In this document: piece by piece, positions 1 to 9,483 of the stretch
How the letters are laid out: the number at the start of each line of letters is the position of its first letter
Position numbering within the stretch: position 1 is the first letter of the stretch
NCBI GenBank assembly: GCA_016840085.1
Contig: JAEOTA010000036.1
Span: 64,001-128,000, forward strand
Direction: 5' to 3'
Source: Promethearchaeota archaeon
GTDB taxonomy: Archaea > Asgardarchaeota > Lokiarchaeia > Sigyniarchaeales > SOKP01
DNA: 64,000 nucleotides
Position numbers and translations under genes: made by a program
Notes under the pieces: generated by a model
What the model saw: the letters and a program-made list of their open reading frames with translations, nothing else
What the model was told of the DNA's origin: nothing
The model's database searches: none

Positions 1-2401
1 AAATTATGATAAAATACCTAGCAAAGTCTCCAGTAGCTATCTGAACTGTCGTACCTCCAGCTAATGTATCTCCAGGACGATCTATACCACCTCCATTTAC
101 TGGACTATCATCAACAGTTCCATTAATCCAGGTTTTTAATGATGCAGAAGTAATATAATAATCAGACATATTTATAGGCATTGTAAAATTTTTCCTCCAT
201 TGAACTTTAACTGACTGAGGTTCATTATCTGGCCAAAAAAAGTAAGCATACCATCCTCTTTCATCCATACCAGAACCACCAATAGAAAAATAATCAGGAA
301 GTACAATGTTATCTTCATTTTGGAGTTTTGTCCAGTTAGAACTGGTACCATCTTCATAAAATTCTTGTGTTCCATAATCTCCTACAATTTCATAGTTTCC
401 AACACCATTACTTATATCCAACGATAAATCTGATAAATCTCCCTTCATAAACATTGACCAATTATCACTTGTATCAAAATTGGGGTTTTCAATCCATTGT
501 TCATGGTAAGAGACTTTTTTAAATAAATTAGAGTCTCCAACCTGGAGCAAATTTAGCTTTGCTATTCTTTCTTGGACTATAAATGAATTAGAAAACAAAT
601 ATCCATAAATCGGAATAAAGAGCAAACCAATAATAATCATAAAAACAAACACAAGCTTTTTAGAAAGTTCTAGGTTATCCTTCATTGAATTTGATTTTTG
701 TTTTTTTGGCATTGTTTTTGTAGTATATTTTAAATTTGCTAAATTTGAAGTTTTCTTTAATTCCTTCTTGTAATTTGAGTTGAAAGAATTTTCACGACTT
801 TTTATAGTAGTATGTGGTGACTCTTTTTTATTGAGAGTTTTACGATATTTTCGTACTTTTCTTACTTGTTTAGGAAATCTTAAAATCATTCTATAATAAA
901 TAAAATATCCTCCCAATAAAACAGATCCTATTAACGCTCCAATTAGTAATCCTATAAAAAGGGTATTTTCCTTAGCGGGAAGGAAAATATCATATGATAT
1001 AGTTAACATTACATTATCTATACTAATTGTTAGATCTTCAACTAAATTAAACTCATCTGCAAGAAATATTTGTATAGAGAGATTTATCTCATCATTATTT
1101 GGAATTAAATTGCCCACTTCAAAACCTTCTGTTTTTGCTGGTATAAAATTTTCTTCAGCATACTTTAATCCAATAGTTTCAGTATGTTCTTTATCGTTTA
1201 TTAAAATTCTAATTTCTGAATTTGGTGATAAGTTAGTCGGCCAATCTTTATTAATTTTATAATCAAAATGTAAATTTGCATCATTTATTTCAACAATACC
1301 CCCCCTACTCTCAATTTTATTTCCAAGATATTTCCATGATACTGAGGTTAATCGATTAATTTTCTTGATATATGAAATTGTAAAATTACAGGATTTAATA
1401 TAGGCTTCAGTAAATTCGTCTAAGTCAGTGCTGCAATTGTCTTCACAGTTGAATTCAATCCCTAATATGATAATGAAGTTTTGAAAATCTCCATTTTCTA
1501 AAACTTGGTTTAAAAAGAAAATGAGATCCTCCATGTCATCAGCTTCAAATACCATATCATTTAAATAATCATAAGTGTCATTAATTTCTGCCCCATCTTG
1601 TCCTAAAGTAGTAGTTTGGTATTGAGCTACTTGATATTTAACATCTTTATTTAAATTTGAAAGCCTCACATAAAATTTAATAAAATCACCTTCAATAAAT
1701 CGAATTACACCATTGGTATCACCAACTGCTTCAACACCTTCCCAATGCCACACATCTCCACTTCCACACCCTACAAAAGCTTTAGCAGTTGCATTAATCA
1801 TGACCTGTAATGATGCAGAAGTTATTGTATAGTCTGACATATTATGAGGTATGTTTATAACCTTTTCCCATTGAACACTAGTTCTTTGATATGCATTTGT
1901 GGTAGCTTCATCATGTTCGGCCCATAAATGGGAAGCAAAGCAACCAGATTCATCAATTCTATGTCCTTGAGTGGGATACACAGGAATTTCTGGATTTGTA
2001 GTATTATGCCAATCTTCTGATGCTGATGAATTAGGGGTTCCTGATATCAATGTTTTTGTATAGCTTGCTCCTTTTACATTGAAGTTCGCAACTCCCGAAC
2101 TAATGTCAGTATTAACATCAGTGACATCTCCAGTTATTTCGGATATCCAATCTGTACTATTATTAAAATCTGAATTTTTAATCCATTGATCTTCATAAGT
2201 TCTTTTAGACAACTGAGCTGCTGAAATATGTAGATCATTTTGGATTTCAAATTCATTATTGTAAAAATTGTTAATAGAATAAAAATATGCTTTTTGATTT
2301 TTACCTACAATTATCATAAATATATTTAGGGATAGAATGAACACAAAAATAATAATAAGGAGATATTTTATATTTTTCAGGCCTTTACTTTTCGACTTCA
2401 A
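1..2401 (-). CDS. Large modular membrane/surface protein, paralog of the 2603-8062 protein; 3' end runs off the window
   Basis: TTG at 2401 (MKSKSKGLKNIKYLLIIIFVF...). The same frame gives GDFARYFII at the window edge, matching YDYVRFYV in the neighbour. Contains TM + FPKQVRKVRKYRKTLNKK and the start of a second module. Absent from the ORF track, probably because it has no stop in the window; not every internal codon was checked. Confidence 0.85.
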   Translation of the reverse strand, partial: MKSKSKGLKNIKYLLIIIFVFILSLNIFMIIVGKNQKAYFYSINNFYNNEFEIQNDLHISAAQLSKRTYEDQWIKNSDFNNSTDWISEITGDVTDVNTDISSGVANFNVKGASYTKTLISGTPNSSASEDWHNTTNPEIPVYPTQGHRIDESGCFASHLWAEHDEATTNAYQRTSVQWEKVINIPHNMSDYTITSASLQVMINATAKAFVGCGSGDVWHWEGVEAVGDTNGVIRFIEGDFIKFYVRLSNLNKDVKYQVAQYQTTTLGQDGAEINDTYDYLNDMVFEADDMEDLIFFLNQVLENGDFQNFIIILGIEFNCEDNCSTDLDEFTEAYIKSCNFTISYIKKINRLTSVSWKYLGNKIESRGGIVEINDANLHFDYKINKDWPTNLSPNSEIRILINDKEHTETIGLKYAEENFIPAKTEGFEVGNLIPNNDEINLSIQIFLADEFNLVEDLTISIDNVMLTISYDIFLPAKENTLFIGLLIGALIGSVLLGGYFIYYRMILRFPKQVRKVRKYRKTLNKKESPHTTIKSRENSFNSNYKKELKKTSNLANLKYTTKTMPKKQKSNSMKDNLELSKKLVFVFMIIIGLLFIPIYGYLFSNSFIVQERIAKLNLLQVGDSNLFKKVSYHEQWIENPNFDTSDNWSMFMKGDLSDLSLDISNGVGNYEIVGDYGTQEFYEDGTSSNWTKLQNEDNIVLPDYFSIGGSGMDERGWYAYFFWPDNEPQSVKVQWRKNFTMPINMSDYYITSASLKTWINGTVDDSPVNGGGIDRPGDTLAGGTTVQIATGDFARYFIII

Positions 2402-2602
2402 ATCTGAAATTTACTTCTAAATTGAATGATAATATATTCTAAAATCCTATAACTTTTAAATAAGTAACTAAGGAAACTATGATATATAATTTAAATTATA
2501 TGTATTTAGAATTATTTCAAATAATATGTTTTTTAAAATATAGAATAAGTAGAATAAAAATTAATTGAAGTTTATTATTATTCGTACTTGTTAATCCTTT
2601 GT

Positions 2603-5600
2603 TTAAGTATCCAACCTCTTCTTTGAGGATTGATCGACTAGCTCATCTAATTCCTCCTTTTTCTCAATTGATTTGTCAATGAGCTTATCCGATTCCATTT
2701 CTTGCTCCAACTTTTTGGTTTTAACCTTGTCAGGAATTTCTTTTTGTTCAGTTGTTTTTATTTTCGGTTGTGTCCGCTTCAATTTGATATCACTAGGAAA
2801 TGATCCTACCTCTTTATTATAGATTGACTTAAAAGCAGCTTCTCTCCCGACAATACCTATAGACGGCATTTCTTTTTTTCTAAGAGTCTTTCTATATTTT
2901 CGAACCTTTCTAACGGGTCTTGGATATTTTAAGTATTTTTGATAAGCAATAAGATAACTTACTAAACCTACTGCGATTACTACAGACAAAATAAATAGAG
3001 CTTGAAATAATATGGTAGCAGCTTCAGCTTTTCTTACTGCTAAAACTGTTATCTCATAATCTTGAATATCATAATCATCACCAGCAAAAGCAGAAATTGT
3101 GATCGTAAAAGTACCCTGCGGAACATTTTCAATAGTAGCTTCATATATACCATCATTATCAGGATCTGTGAGAATTCCATCACCATTCTCCCAACTATAT
3201 GTTACTATAACGCCTTTGATTAACACTCCTAAATCAGTATTATTGAGATTTATTTTTAAAGTAATGTCATTTCCCGCTTCAGTGTCTATTCTGTCTGACC
3301 CAGATACAGTTGAGATATCAATGTTAAACTTTCTAATATAGAGTCTTATAACAGCAAATTCAGTTTGATGAATTATATGCTGAGCTTCGATTGTTAAATA
3401 ATTAAGACCGATTTTTAATCTATCAGAGGTATTAATAAGGGTTGTATATTGCTTGAAAATTGAATTCTCATCTAAATCTTTTGTTATTCCTTCGGATAGC
3501 AGTTTTACTGTAGCATTAGGAACATGAGTCCCCATAGAGTCACTATATTTTACAGTAATATTTAATTCCTCTCCGATTCTAAGTTCAGTCTCTGGATCGA
3601 GAGTCTTATTTTCATTATTTAAGAATACCTGAAGGCCTTTTGTATCAAATTTGATAATAGATATTATTGGGGTTACTAACATACTGACATAATCCTCTGC
3701 ATAAGCCGTGATTGTCAGAAAATTAACGCCAATATTGGATATATCAGTATCTATAATAATAGAATATTGTCCAAATGTTTCATTTTCCTTCAAAATTCCT
3801 GTAAAATTGCCTGATAGTGAAACTGTAGCATTAGGGATATGTAGACCTGTTTCATTAAGATATTTTATAGTTATATTTAACGGTTCCCCTACATATAATT
3901 CAAAATTTGGATCTAAAGTTTTATTTTCCTTATTTAAAAAGAGTTGAAGGCTTGATTCTTGAGGTGGAAAAATTATTGTATAAGTAATATTGAGGCTAAC
4001 ATCATCTATAGAGATAGTAATGTTGCGGTCAAGTCTGAATTCATCTGTAAGATAAAGCTGAATTGAGACATTAACATCATCTGTTATCAGATGTGTAACA
4101 TCAAATCCATCTAATTTTCCCTCTTGAAATGTTTCATTAGCACTACTCAGTTTTACAGTTTCAGTATGGGGATTATTATTAATTAAAACCCTTAATTCTG
4201 AATTAGGAGATAATTCAGTCCAATTTTGATCTATCATATATTTGAATTTAAGTATTGCTTCATTAACAACAACAGGATCACTACTAATATCACTTATTTT
4301 TTCGGCATCTTGATTCCACGATACAGAGGTAAATTGATCAATCTTTTTCTCATAACTCAATGTAAAATTGCATGATTTAAATCGAAGTGAGTCCCAAGTG
4401 TCCCTATCACCTTGACCATTATCCGCACAATATATTCTCATTCCTAAAGTTAGTGTAAAATTTTGATGGTCGGGATCGTTCTCTAAAACGGTATTTAAAT
4501 ATGAGATTAAACTCTCCTCTGGTCTTGTAAAAATTTCTGTATCTGTTATAGTAGAGATAGGAGGAGAGTCTTGCCCTAGGTTAGTTGTTTGATTATATGC
4601 CGCTTCAAACACCTCATTTTTTTCTAAATCTGATATTAAAACATAAAACCTTACATAATCATATTCCCTTGCAAAATCAGGATCAGACCCGTCAATTGTA
4701 TCACCCTCTACGTCTACACCACCTCGGTAAAGAGGCCCAGTTCCAACAGTTGTGACAGAAGCATTTATCTCAGCACTCAATGAAACTGATGTAATAATAT
4801 AATCTGACATATTAACCGGTAAAGTAATATTATTATCCCAATGAATACTTACGGTTTGGTAAGGATCGTCGGGATCTATCCAAGTATGAGATACATGACA
4901 ACCATACTCATCGATTTCATTAAAATCAGGTAATGCTGGAAAATCTGGATTAGTAACATTTAGCCAATCTGCTGAAGATGGTAACCCTGAGATTTCTGAG
5001 AACGTTCCATTATCACCTATAACTGTCATATTAGCAAATTCATCGACAACGCTTAACTCTGCATTTACATCATTGGTATCTCCTAAATCTCCATAAGATG
5101 CATACCAAATGGAATCTGTTAGATTAAAAGATGTGTTATTAAGCCATTCTTTTGTATTAGTTTTTTGACCAGATATTCCTATCCTACTTGGGCTATCATC
5201 TCTTAGAGAATCTAATGAATTTATTGAATTTTGGCTTATATAAAGACTAATGATAAAAGAACTTAATAGTAAAATGGTTATAATTAAAATAGACATAAAT
5301 CGACTAATTTTTTTTGGTTTTAAAACACCAAATCTTAATTTTCTTAATTTAATCAATTTTTGTTTACCATAGGATTTTTGTTTATCAAAACCTTTGCTAC
5401 TTGTATTTAATTTTGAATCATTTTTACTTTTAGATCCTGTATTTAATTTAGGTTTTTCTATATTTTTTACAGGAGTTTTTTGTTCTTCTGACTTTTTAAC
5501 AGAGGGTTTTCCTTTTATAAATCTTGATGTTTTATTTAATTCTTCTTGATATTCAGAGTTAAAGGTTTTTTCACGAGTTTTTATTACCATACTAGGTGCT

Positions 5601-8062
5601 CTTTTTTTTCTCAGAGTTTTTCTATATTTACGAACTTTTCTAACTTGTCTTGGATATTTCAAGATTTTCTGATAAGCATAAATATAACCACCGATTACTA
5701 CAGAAGCTATAATCCCTATTATTAATAATATTTGAAAAAGAAGCACATTTTGTTTTGGTCTTAAAGCATTAATTATTATCTCATAACTTTTGAAACTATA
5801 TATATCACTCCCAAAAGCGCTAATATTAACTGAATGCGTTCCGACAGGCACATTATTAAGTATCACTTCATATATTCCATCATTATCATCATCTTTTAAA
5901 AGTCCATCTCCAAATTCCCATGTATAAGTGACAGTTAATCCTTTGATGATTTTATTAAAATCTGTATCATTAATGAAAACACTAATTGTAGCGCTTTTTC
6001 CTGGTCTAATATTTATATTATTTGATCCAGTTGTAGATGTAATTTCTGTGTTTATTTTTCTTACTGTTATTTTTGGATTGATACTTTCTTCTTGATACCT
6101 TTCTTTTTCAGCATTTATTAGTAAATCATTAAGTCCTAATCGAAATTTTATTGATGTATTGATTAGAATTGTATATTGCTCAAAATTCAAATTTTCCTCT
6201 AAATCTTCTAAAAGTCCTTCCCCAACTAGTTGTACTGTGGCACCTGGAATATGATCTCCAGTGGTATCTTCATACTTTACGGTTATATTTAATAATTTAT
6301 TGAGAGGTACATTTAAGAAAGGAAATAATGTCTTTTCTTCTCCATCCAAAAAAATTTGTAAACTTTCGGAATTGATTTTAGAAACTGTTAATAAAGCACC
6401 AACTTTTTGAGCTTCATAATTTATTCTATGTGCCACTATATCAAAATATATTTCTCCTATAGGCAAATCTTCTGTATCAAGGATAATCGTATATTGTTCC
6501 AAAGTCTCATTCTCTTGTAGAGAACCCGTAAGATTTCCAGTTAATTCTACAATAGCTTGCGGAATATGGAAACCATATTCATCAGGATATTTGACAGTGA
6601 TGTTTAAATCTGTTTTAGCGGGTATTTGAAATATTGGATTATTAGTTTTATTTACACCATTAAAAAATACTTGTAAATTTGTTTGTGTGTCTGGAAACGT
6701 AACTGTATAAGTTATATTCAAATAAACATCATCTATTGATATAATTTTCTTACCACCCAAATTAAATTCATCTGCGAGATATACTTCAATCGATAAATTA
6801 AGTTTAATATCTGGTAGAGTCAATGAAGTCACATCAAATCCACCTTCTTTTGCTAATTGAAAGCTAGAGGTAGCCTTACTAAGTTTTATTGTCTCTGTAA
6901 GTTTGTTATTATTAATGAAAATCCTAAATTCGGAATTAGGGGATAAATTTGTCCAATTTTCATTAATTTTATACTTAAAATTTAGTTTAGCTTCATTAAT
7001 GGTGACTGTCGTTCCATCCACAGTAGTATTTATTTTATCTCCATCTTGGTTCCATGAAATAGAATTAAATTGATCTATTTTTTTTTCATATGTAAATGAT
7101 AAATTACAACTTTTAATTAATACATCTTGCCAATTATCTTCATCCCAGTCCTCGGGGGGAAGACCAGGTGAATTATCTTCACACCATAATCTTATTCCTA
7201 AGGTAATCGTAAAATTTTTATCATCAGTATTTAAAACTGAAGTAAGATATTCAATTAATTTATCCTGAGGTACATTATCTAAATAGGTATTATAAAGATA
7301 ATCCCAAGATCCAGCACTATCATCTCCTAAATCTGTTGATTGATAAGCAGCAACCTCATAAACTTTATTTTTAGGGATATCAGAAAATAATACATAAAAT
7401 CTAACATAATCATATGTCGCACCAATAACATTACTATCACCAAAAACATCAATTCCTCCATTGTCATAATCAATTGCTTGTACAGTAGCATTGACAAGAG
7501 TGCTTAATGACACAGATGTAATTATATAATCTGACATATTAACAGGCATATTAACATTCCTTTCCCAATGAACACTCGGGGCTTGGTCAGATTTTTCATC
7601 CCAATAATGAGAAACATAACATCCCTCATCAGCAATTATTGTTGCAGTATCTGGAAAATCAGGAAAGTCAGGATTATTTACTCTCACCCAATCTGTAGAA
7701 GAAGGCGTTCCTGCGATATCAGAGAAAATATGTGTCTCTCCTAAAATTTCATAATTAACTTGACCAGAACCAGAAGTAGCATTTATATCAGATAAATCAC
7801 CTATTAAACTTGGATACCAAGTAGGCTCTATTGGATCTTCAAATGTAGGATTTTTGTACCAAACAGTAGTAAGGATTTCTTGAGCTGATAATTTAGGATT
7901 TTTTGTTTTATATAAGTTATCTTTCTCGGATACCTCATCCAATGTAAAATAATTATTTTGATTATATTTTGAAATTAAGATAAAAGAATTAACTAATAGT
8001 ATAGATGAAAATAGGATGAAAACTAGAAAATACTTTTTTTTAATTTTTATCGAAGCCAACAC
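2603..8062 (-). CDS. 1819-aa membrane-anchored surface protein made of two tandem modules (signal anchor, ectodomain, Ig-like repeats, TM, basic tail)
   Basis: Long ORF with internal duplication (VNMSDYIITSVSLS, YDYVRFYVL, DDDNDGIYE/DPDNDGIYE and KYPRxVRKVRKYRKTLRKK each occur twice). Confidence 0.9.
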   Translation of the reverse strand: MLASIKIKKKYFLVFILFSSILLVNSFILISKYNQNNYFTLDEVSEKDNLYKTKNPKLSAQEILTTVWYKNPTFEDPIEPTWYPSLIGDLSDINATSGSGQVNYEILGETHIFSDIAGTPSSTDWVRVNNPDFPDFPDTATIIADEGCYVSHYWDEKSDQAPSVHWERNVNMPVNMSDYIITSVSLSTLVNATVQAIDYDNGGIDVFGDSNVIGATYDYVRFYVLFSDIPKNKVYEVAAYQSTDLGDDSAGSWDYLYNTYLDNVPQDKLIEYLTSVLNTDDKNFTITLGIRLWCEDNSPGLPPEDWDEDNWQDVLIKSCNLSFTYEKKIDQFNSISWNQDGDKINTTVDGTTVTINEAKLNFKYKINENWTNLSPNSEFRIFINNNKLTETIKLSKATSSFQLAKEGGFDVTSLTLPDIKLNLSIEVYLADEFNLGGKKIISIDDVYLNITYTVTFPDTQTNLQVFFNGVNKTNNPIFQIPAKTDLNITVKYPDEYGFHIPQAIVELTGNLTGSLQENETLEQYTIILDTEDLPIGEIYFDIVAHRINYEAQKVGALLTVSKINSESLQIFLDGEEKTLFPFLNVPLNKLLNITVKYEDTTGDHIPGATVQLVGEGLLEDLEENLNFEQYTILINTSIKFRLGLNDLLINAEKERYQEESINPKITVRKINTEITSTTGSNNINIRPGKSATISVFINDTDFNKIIKGLTVTYTWEFGDGLLKDDDNDGIYEVILNNVPVGTHSVNISAFGSDIYSFKSYEIIINALRPKQNVLLFQILLIIGIIASVVIGGYIYAYQKILKYPRQVRKVRKYRKTLRKKRAPSMVIKTREKTFNSEYQEELNKTSRFIKGKPSVKKSEEQKTPVKNIEKPKLNTGSKSKNDSKLNTSSKGFDKQKSYGKQKLIKLRKLRFGVLKPKKISRFMSILIITILLLSSFIISLYISQNSINSLDSLRDDSPSRIGISGQKTNTKEWLNNTSFNLTDSIWYASYGDLGDTNDVNAELSVVDEFANMTVIGDNGTFSEISGLPSSADWLNVTNPDFPALPDFNEIDEYGCHVSHTWIDPDDPYQTVSIHWDNNITLPVNMSDYIITSVSLSAEINASVTTVGTGPLYRGGVDVEGDTIDGSDPDFAREYDYVRFYVLISDLEKNEVFEAAYNQTTNLGQDSPPISTITDTEIFTRPEESLISYLNTVLENDPDHQNFTLTLGMRIYCADNGQGDRDTWDSLRFKSCNFTLSYEKKIDQFTSVSWNQDAEKISDISSDPVVVNEAILKFKYMIDQNWTELSPNSELRVLINNNPHTETVKLSSANETFQEGKLDGFDVTHLITDDVNVSIQLYLTDEFRLDRNITISIDDVSLNITYTIIFPPQESSLQLFLNKENKTLDPNFELYVGEPLNITIKYLNETGLHIPNATVSLSGNFTGILKENETFGQYSIIIDTDISNIGVNFLTITAYAEDYVSMLVTPIISIIKFDTKGLQVFLNNENKTLDPETELRIGEELNITVKYSDSMGTHVPNATVKLLSEGITKDLDENSIFKQYTTLINTSDRLKIGLNYLTIEAQHIIHQTEFAVIRLYIRKFNIDISTVSGSDRIDTEAGNDITLKINLNNTDLGVLIKGVIVTYSWENGDGILTDPDNDGIYEATIENVPQGTFTITISAFAGDDYDIQDYEITVLAVRKAEAATILFQALFILSVVIAVGLVSYLIAYQKYLKYPRPVRKVRKYRKTLRKKEMPSIGIVGREAAFKSIYNKEVGSFPSDIKLKRTQPKIKTTEQKEIPDKVKTKKLEQEMESDKLIDKSIEKKEELDELVDQSSKKRLDT

Positions 8063-8202
8063 TAATCAACCTCTCATCATTACCATAATATATATTTTTA
8101 AATCCAAAATAGGATAAATTTAATTTAATAAGTTACTTAAGAAATTATAATATATATTTTAATTACTGAAATTTTATAAATAAATTTAAGAGGAATTTAA
8201 AA

Positions 8203-9456
8203 GTGATCCAAGGAATTTTGACATTTCAGTTCAAGATTAATCAAAAAGAGACAGGCGAAATAGAACCAGAATTCGATCCCATACAATTAGTATTTAGGGA
8301 CGAGGAGTATGACGCGGAAAATTTTTCAGAATTACTCATTGAAAACGATATCTTTGCTATTTTCTATCAACATACAACGGGTCTTTTTGGAGTAAAATAT
8401 AGCTATAGTAATTTTTACACGGGCAGATTAAAAGAAACCCCTTATCAAGTTATTTCATATTTTAAACAAGTTGCTGATGGAACTCAATATTTGGTAATCT
8501 CTGTGTTTGAATTAGATGATGAAATTGAAATTTTTGAAGATTTAATTAAGGAGATGGGAAATAGGTTAGATACCATTTTTGATAAATTAACTCGAGCTAA
8601 AAATTCAAAGCAGCTTTCTTTAATAGAAAATATTAATATTAGATTAAAAAATGAAATAAAATTCACAATTTTTCAAGTGGATAGACTATCGAATCTTGAT
8701 AAACTTCAAAAAGTAGGCTTAATCTACAATAGCGATGAACGATTGAAAATTCTAGAGATGTTACGAGAGAGACCTGTATCTAAAAATGAGATGAAAAAAA
8801 TATTAGAAAAGATGTCAGCAACTGTGAATGTAGATATCTTGCTTCAACCATTTTTGGAATTAAATTTAATTCGCCGAGACTGGATAACGGGCGAAAAAGA
8901 TAAAAAAACTGGTGAAATTACACATCAGGGAGAATATTTATTTCTGGTGAAAGATTTAATTTTAGCTCGAGTTCCTAATGAGACTTTATTAAATCATTTC
9001 AAAGAAACAAAGAATGAATTACTTCCATTATATCGCCAAAAAGTCGTTGATTTCTTTTCGGACTATGATCCTTACACTCGAGGAGTTGAGGAAACTAAGA
9101 AATTAGCATCTATTCTTTTAAGTCCAGATGCATATGATTTTTTTGTTTTAATGCGACATAATCATTATCCCTTAGATAAAATTCCAAAAATCTTTTCAGA
9201 ATTTGCTGTAACTGAAATTCTATTAGAGGATTTGAAGAAATTAGACATAATCAGTGAAGTTATTGATGATAATAAAAGGACATGGATATGTCTATTAACG
9301 GACATTAAACCATTAATAGTTTTTCCAGAATACCTGCTCCCTAAAATAAGAGAAGCTTATAAAAATAAAGATATAGATGGAGACATTACTTACGAAATTG
9401 CTAAGAAAGCTCTTAGTTTATTGGAAATTACATACCCAGAGAAGGTTGAATTCTAA
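8203..9456 (+). CDS. Hypothetical protein, possible longin-like N-terminus plus winged-helix domains
   Basis: 417-aa ORF; wHTH-like segment ERLKILEMLRERPVSKNEM...LLQPFLELNLIRR. Confidence 0.7.
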   Translation: MIQGILTFQFKINQKETGEIEPEFDPIQLVFRDEEYDAENFSELLIENDIFAIFYQHTTGLFGVKYSYSNFYTGRLKETPYQVISYFKQVADGTQYLVISVFELDDEIEIFEDLIKEMGNRLDTIFDKLTRAKNSKQLSLIENINIRLKNEIKFTIFQVDRLSNLDKLQKVGLIYNSDERLKILEMLRERPVSKNEMKKILEKMSATVNVDILLQPFLELNLIRRDWITGEKDKKTGEITHQGEYLFLVKDLILARVPNETLLNHFKETKNELLPLYRQKVVDFFSDYDPYTRGVEETKKLASILLSPDAYDFFVLMRHNHYPLDKIPKIFSEFAVTEILLEDLKKLDIISEVIDDNKRTWICLLTDIKPLIVFPEYLLPKIREAYKNKDIDGDITYEIAKKALSLLEITYPEKVEF

Positions 9457-9483
9457 TTTAATTAAATTAGAGAGGATGATAAA

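Noticed and set aside
172-375. Short alternative-frame and antisense ORFs in the track (e.g. 172-375, 3099-3341, 9633-9836, 47599-47958, 53589-54113, 58184-58447)
   Set aside because: They overlap well-supported long genes and have no motifs; shadow ORFs
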